26,807 nucleotides of DNA from Octopus sinensis. Taxonomy: Eukaryota. Location: contig NW_021834090.1 of assembly GCF_006345805.1 (NCBI RefSeq), positions 1 through 26,807 on the forward strand, written 5' to 3'. A model generated the notes under the pieces. That model did not search any database and was not told where the DNA came from. It saw only the letters and a list, made by a program, of their open reading frames with translations. This document shows, in pieces, positions 21,920-26,807 of the stretch (the first letter of the stretch is position 1; each line of letters opens with the position of its first letter). The translations under genes were made by a program, and so were the position numbers.

Positions 21920-23012
21920 TTTTAGACAATGGAGGACATGGTTGCTAATGTTGCAATAAAAAAAAATTAGTGGGCTATAGTTGGAATGCCTTTGTGCAAA
22001 ATTACGATCAGAGCAAACAACACGTCGACCACAACACCCTAAGTAAAACACAAAAACCCCAAAGAATGTACAAGACTTTCTATCATTACATGATACAACG
22101 GCATATCGTTAGCTGACAAGAGACATCTCTTAGGAGTAACGCTCAGATCTTTTGGGGTCCATGAAAATTCAGTGGTTGCTTCAGTAAAACGCCTATAGAT
22201 AAGAAGGATATCTGAGATGCTGTCGCGCCTACATATGTCATGTACCATGTTTCATAATATAATTGTTGTCCAAGGCGTATGACCACGCTGTTAATGGTGC
22301 ATTCTGGATATCGAGATCTCGGTTTCAATTCCCGCAACGGGAATTGTATGGCGTTCTTAAGCAAAACACCTCATCTCATATTACTTTGCGTCGTGTAGGA
22401 ATGGTGAATTTCTGGAAAATGGAAAACCCACACATAACGGTTTATAACAAATGTGTACTTCGATCAGTATTCTAATCCGATACAAGCCGCAAAATGAGAC
22501 AATAAACTTTCATGAGGTAATAGAATATTCAGATAAGTGGAGAAAACCTATTTAATTTCTGTAAAAAATTAAAACTGAAGTCATATTTGGAACCGGCATT
22601 ATCGAGGTAAATCAATCTTTGCTACTTTCCTGTTAAGATTTAAAATTAATATTTATACACACACATATCTACACTGGCGAAAGTAAATCTAAGACCGATG
22701 ATAATAGTCCTATTTCTCACAAAATATTTTGTTACTAACACCATACAAATTATTTCTATCTTTTACACCTTCTGCAGAATTTATTTCTCTTTCGAATGAT
22801 GCAGACAATAACTATTTTTTATACAACTTGAAGAATGCATGAAAGTACTAGTTCAATCAGAGTGGATATTTGATATTCTATCGCTTCATTATGTTATCTT
22901 ATCTTATAGCATATATTATTATAAGATTGTAAATAATCATGAAAATCAAAGTTGGAATTTCTTTCAGTATATATTCTTCTATACACAATCATACACAACT
23001 GTGTATATGTGC
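21920..23012 (-). pseudogene. TLR-like pseudogene B-III core (TIR mostly deleted; fused to A3)
   Basis: Homologous to ~5058-6290; ORF 22039..22248 shares TPKRCLLSANDMPLYHVMIESL. Confidence 0.72.
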
Positions 23013-23098
<86 letters not shown>

Positions 23099-23206
23099 TT
23101 ATAGATATATATGTATATGTATATGTATATCATTGCTTACAATAATATCAATAATATCACACACACACACACACTCACACACACACACACCACACCACAC
23201 ACACAC

Positions 23207-23291
<85 letters not shown>

Positions 23292-23320
23292 GTGTGTGTT
23301 GTGTGTGTTGTGTATGTGCG
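23010..23320. repeat. (TA)n/(CA)n compound microsatellite
   Basis: Long dinucleotide runs. Confidence 0.95.
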
Positions 23321-23561
23321 CGTTTCATTCAAAACAATTACTAAAAATGTAGTTGCACTAAGTGAGAAATTCCGTTTTAAACCAGGTAAATATGTAGAAT
23401 TGTTCCGAGTATAAATTATTTCATAAACAATCCACTTGACAAACAGTAGAATTGTACACTTTAAATGTAAATTTTAATACGGAATAAGCGGGATAAGAAG
23501 AAATAAGTGGAGCAGAGAGTCGCTGAGGAGATCGTAGTATGTGAGACGAAAGAATTTAAAC

Positions 23562-23597
<36 letters not shown>

Positions 23598-23603
<6 letters not shown>

Positions 23604-23712
23604 CCATACAATAACCATCAGAGCATCACAACAAATCACAGCACATACCCAAGGCACACAGAGCTGCGCTCGGTAGTGAAGTGAAAGCACGCTATAAAAA
23701 TAAAACTACTGA
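23598..23712 (+). mobile_element. Short retroposon 3'-end-like insert with (AAT)n tail
   Basis: cactttccatacaataacc..gtagtgaagtgaaagcacgctataaaaataaaactactga followed by AAT; near-identical copy at 24095-24209. Confidence 0.6.
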
Positions 23713-23721
23713 ATAATAATG

Positions 23722-23795
<74 letters not shown>

Positions 23796-23976
23796 CACAA
23801 CACCAGCAATTTTTCTTTTTATATATTAGACATTCACTAGTACAACACCAAAAAAAACCCCAAATATATGGCACACTAGGCCTAACAACAATGCGAACTT
23901 CCAACTTGTTGTCTCTTGAGGTCTCTGGGTGAGACTTGGAGCCAACTTGTACAATATAAAGCAAAACTCAAACATA

Positions 23977-23978
<2 letters not shown>
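23796..23978 (+). mobile_element. Second type of LINE 3'-end-like insert with (AAT)n tail
   Basis: ..gaggtctctgggtgagacttggagccaacttgtacaatataaagcaaaactcaaacataga followed by AAT; absent from sister units. Confidence 0.6.
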
Positions 23979-24008
<30 letters not shown>

Positions 24009-24094
24009 TAATAATAATAATAATAATAAATAATATATAATAATGTAATAATAATAATATAATAATATAATAATAATAATAATAATAATAATAA

Positions 24095-24209
24095 GCACTT
24101 TCCATACAATAACCATCAGAGCATCACAACAAATCACAGCACATACCCAGGCACACAGAGCTGTGCTCGGTAGTGAAGTGAAAGCACGCTATAAAAATAA
24201 AACTACTGA
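24095..24209 (+). mobile_element. Second copy of the 23598-23712 insert
   Basis: Same 5' boundary (cactttccatac) and same 3' end. Confidence 0.6.
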
Positions 24210-24293
24210 ATATATAGAATTAATAATAATTAATATAATAATAATAATATAATAATAATAATATAATAATGATAATAATAATAATAATAATAA

Positions 24294-24667
24294 TGTCTAC
24301 TGGAAGCACAAGGACAAGTCCATTACATCGATCCCAGTGTGTAACTGGTACTTAATTTATCGTCCCCGAAAGGATGAATGGTAAAGTCGACCTCGGCGGA
24401 ATTTGAACTCAGAACGTAGTGAGAGACGAAATACCTATTTCTTTACTACCTACAAGGGGCTAAACACAGAGAGGACAAACATGGACAGACAAACGGATTA
24501 AGTCGATTATATCGACCACAGTGTGTAACTGGTTCTTATTTAATCGAGTCCGAAAGGATTATATGCAATGTCAACCTTGGCGGAATTTGAACTCAGAACG
24601 TAACCGCAGACGAAATACTGCTGGGCATTTCGCCCTACGTACTAACATTTCTGCCAGCTCGCCGCCT
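24294..24667 (-). mobile_element. SINE family 2 dimer (same insertion as 7503-7869)
   Basis: Same structure and flanks. Confidence 0.88.
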
Positions 24668-25141
24668 TTCGGCAGACGAAATACTTCAAGGCGTTTCGCC
24701 CGGCGTACCAACAACAACAACAATAATAATAATAAAGTGGAGATCAAATATATATTGCGCGTGATTCATTGGCAACAGACGACCATCCCCAATTAGAAGA
24801 ATTTCTGCTTTAACACCCAATTTCAAAAATGCATGAACGTAATAATATTAAATTTTAAGTAGAAATATTCCGCCGAGGTTGTCTTTGCCTTTTATCCTTT
24901 CGGGGTCGATGAAATAGATATCAGTTAAGTACTGGGATCGATGCAATCTACTTATTCCCTCCCCCGAAATTGCTGGTGTTGTGCCAAAATTTGAAATCAA
25001 TGTGCAGGAGAAATAAAACAAAACACAGCATTACTCACTAATGGAAACCATGTTAATCGATTTAACAAATTATAAAGCGAACGGCTTGGAGAGTGTTCCA
25101 ACTTTATGCGTGTTTCCTTGGATTGAATCTGTGTAGGGGTT

Positions 25142-25854
25142 TAGGCGCGGCTGTGTGGTAAGACGCTTGCTTCCAAATCTGGTTTCGGGTTCAGTTCCAC
25201 TGCGTGGCACACTATGCACATGTCTTCTACTGTAGCCATTGGACTCTCAAAATCCTCAGGAGTGGATTTGGTAGATGGAAACGGAAAGAAGCCCGTCGTG
25301 ACTATTCTTTTACTTGTTTCAGTCATTTGACTGCAGTTATGTTGGAGCTCCGCCTTTAGTCGAACAAATCGACCCTAAGACTTAATCTTTGAAAGGCTAT
25401 TATCTCTTCTATCAGTTTCCTTTTCAGAACCGCTAGGATACAGGGACGTAAGCACACCAACATCGGTTGTCAAGGGATGGTGGAGGGACAAATATAGACA
25501 CACAAAGACACACAGACACACACATGGGACGGGCTTTTTTGTGTTTCCATCTATGAAATCCACACAAAAGGCTTTGGTCGGCCATTGGCTATAGAAGACA
25601 CTCAGCCAAGGTGTCTGGCAATGGGACTGAACCCGGAACCATGTGTTTCTTACTCTACGGACACTCCTATGCCTATATATGTCTGTCTGTATGTATCAGT
25701 GCATGCGTGTGTCTCTGTGTACGTGTTTGTTCCACCGCTTGACGGCCTGTGTTGGTGTGTTTATGTTCCGGTAACTTAGCGGTTCACCAATATACTCCAA
25801 TAAAATAAGTACAAGGCTTAAAACATTAAGTACAGAGGTCAATTAGTTCGACTC
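25142..25854 (+). mobile_element. SINE family 1 outer copy with nested inverted copy at ~25303-25674
   Basis: Same nested arrangement as 8472-9142. Confidence 0.85.
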
Positions 25855-26254
25855 AAAATTTCTCAAACCAGTAGCATCTCTATATATACACATAATCCTT
25901 TCCAAGCCATGTTCGTTAAAGGAATTGTTCGTTACCCGAGTAATTGAAATACATACAAATAGAAGAAATGTGTTCCATGCCACTCCCCAAAGCCACATAA
26001 AAGTATATATTATACCTTAGCGTTGATACAATAGAAAGTCATGTGAAAGGTCGAATGTAGTGTGACTGTCAAGTTTGGTTTACCACTAAAACACCGGCTT
26101 GTACAGAAAAATGTGGTGCAGAAATTGCGTATCAAAGGTGATATGAAAGTGGTTGATCATTGAGCGGAGGGACATAAATTATAACAGATAATGATCAAGC
26201 AAAATATTTAGCCTTATTCAAGAACATTCATTTTATAATTTATAATATAAGTGT

Positions 26255-26373
26255 GGGTGCAGGAGTAGCTGTTTAGTAAGCAGCGTGCTTACCAATCACA
26301 TGGTTCGGGGTTCAGTCCCACTGCGTGGCACTTTGTTAGTGGATCTGGAAGACGGCAACTGAAAGAAGCCCAT

Positions 26374-26409
<36 letters not shown>

Positions 26410-26595
26410 TTTGTGTGTCTGTGTTTGTCCCCCACCATCGCTTGACAACCGATTTTGGTGAGTTTACGTCCCCGTAATTTAGTGGTTCAGCAAAGGTGAC
26501 TCATAGATTAAGTACATGGCTTATAAATAATAAGTTCGATTAAAAAGGTGATGCTCCAGCATGGCCGCAGTAAAATGGCTGAAACAAATAAAAGA
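26255..26595 (+). mobile_element. SINE family 1 (same insertion as 432-808) with a short internal deletion
   Basis: gggtgcaggagtagctgtttagtaag head; gcactttg|ttagtggatctgg lacks the ttctactataacctcgggccgaccaaagc segment. Confidence 0.88.
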
Positions 26596-26807
26596 ACTGT
26601 GCAGAGTGCTTACAAATATGCACAAAGTCTCTTATAGCTGTTTCTAGAATAGCTAAGCATGTTATTGAGTAAAGAATTCCATCTGAGCAAATCATTCCGT
26701 TATTGGAGAAAGAAGAAGAAAATGCAGAAATGCATAATATCCTTAATCGAGGATATTATTCGTTACCAGTCTTTTGGGAAACCATGGAATTCTCAGATAA
26801 ATGTGTT

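Larger units (their letters stand above)
23562..24293. repeat. Expanded (AAT)n tract containing three short inserts
   Basis: AAT runs separated by non-repetitive inserts at 23598-23712, 23796-23978, 24095-24209. Confidence 0.92.
1..26807. repeat. Tandem segmental duplication, ~3 diverged units (about 9.1, 6.5 and 10.2 kb) plus the start of a fourth
   Basis: Anchor cttaaa..aagtacag..gtcaattagttcgactc..ctcaaaccagtggcatctctatatatacacataatcc recurs at ~1, ~9102, ~15605, ~25815. The downstream order of SINEs, microsatellites and unique blocks is collinear between units. Confidence 0.95.
21920..26807 (-). pseudogene. Reconstructed span of B-III, running off the window end
   Basis: LRR-like blocks ~23325-23560, 25865-26253, 26596-26807 in the same order, with the same SINE interruptions as B-I and B-II. 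Confidence 0.58.

Overview
AT-rich eukaryotic DNA dense in repeats and microsatellites. Its two abundant tRNA-derived SINE families match what I know of Octopus repeats, so a coleoid cephalopod source is inferred, not proven. No intact protein-coding gene, RNA gene or CRISPR array is supported; nearly all supplied ORFs are microsatellite, SINE or antisense artefacts. The window is about three diverged units of a tandem segmental duplication (same anchor at ~1, ~9102, ~15605, ~25815). Manual minus-strand translation across frameshifts shows that the non-repeat DNA is decayed Toll-like-receptor-like sequence (LRRs - LRRCT - TM - TIR) from two divergent subfamilies, here called A and B. The B copies have an LRR ectodomain broken up by SINEs and microsatellites that all copies share. 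Also present: two fossil R4/Dong-type LINE RT fragments, a copy-specific non-autonomous Helitron with empty sites in sister copies, three LINE-tail-like inserts in one (AAT)n tract, and several microhomology-type deletions, one fusing a B gene to an A gene. The TLR call comes from hand-aligned motifs and synonymous-substitution bias, not a database search.
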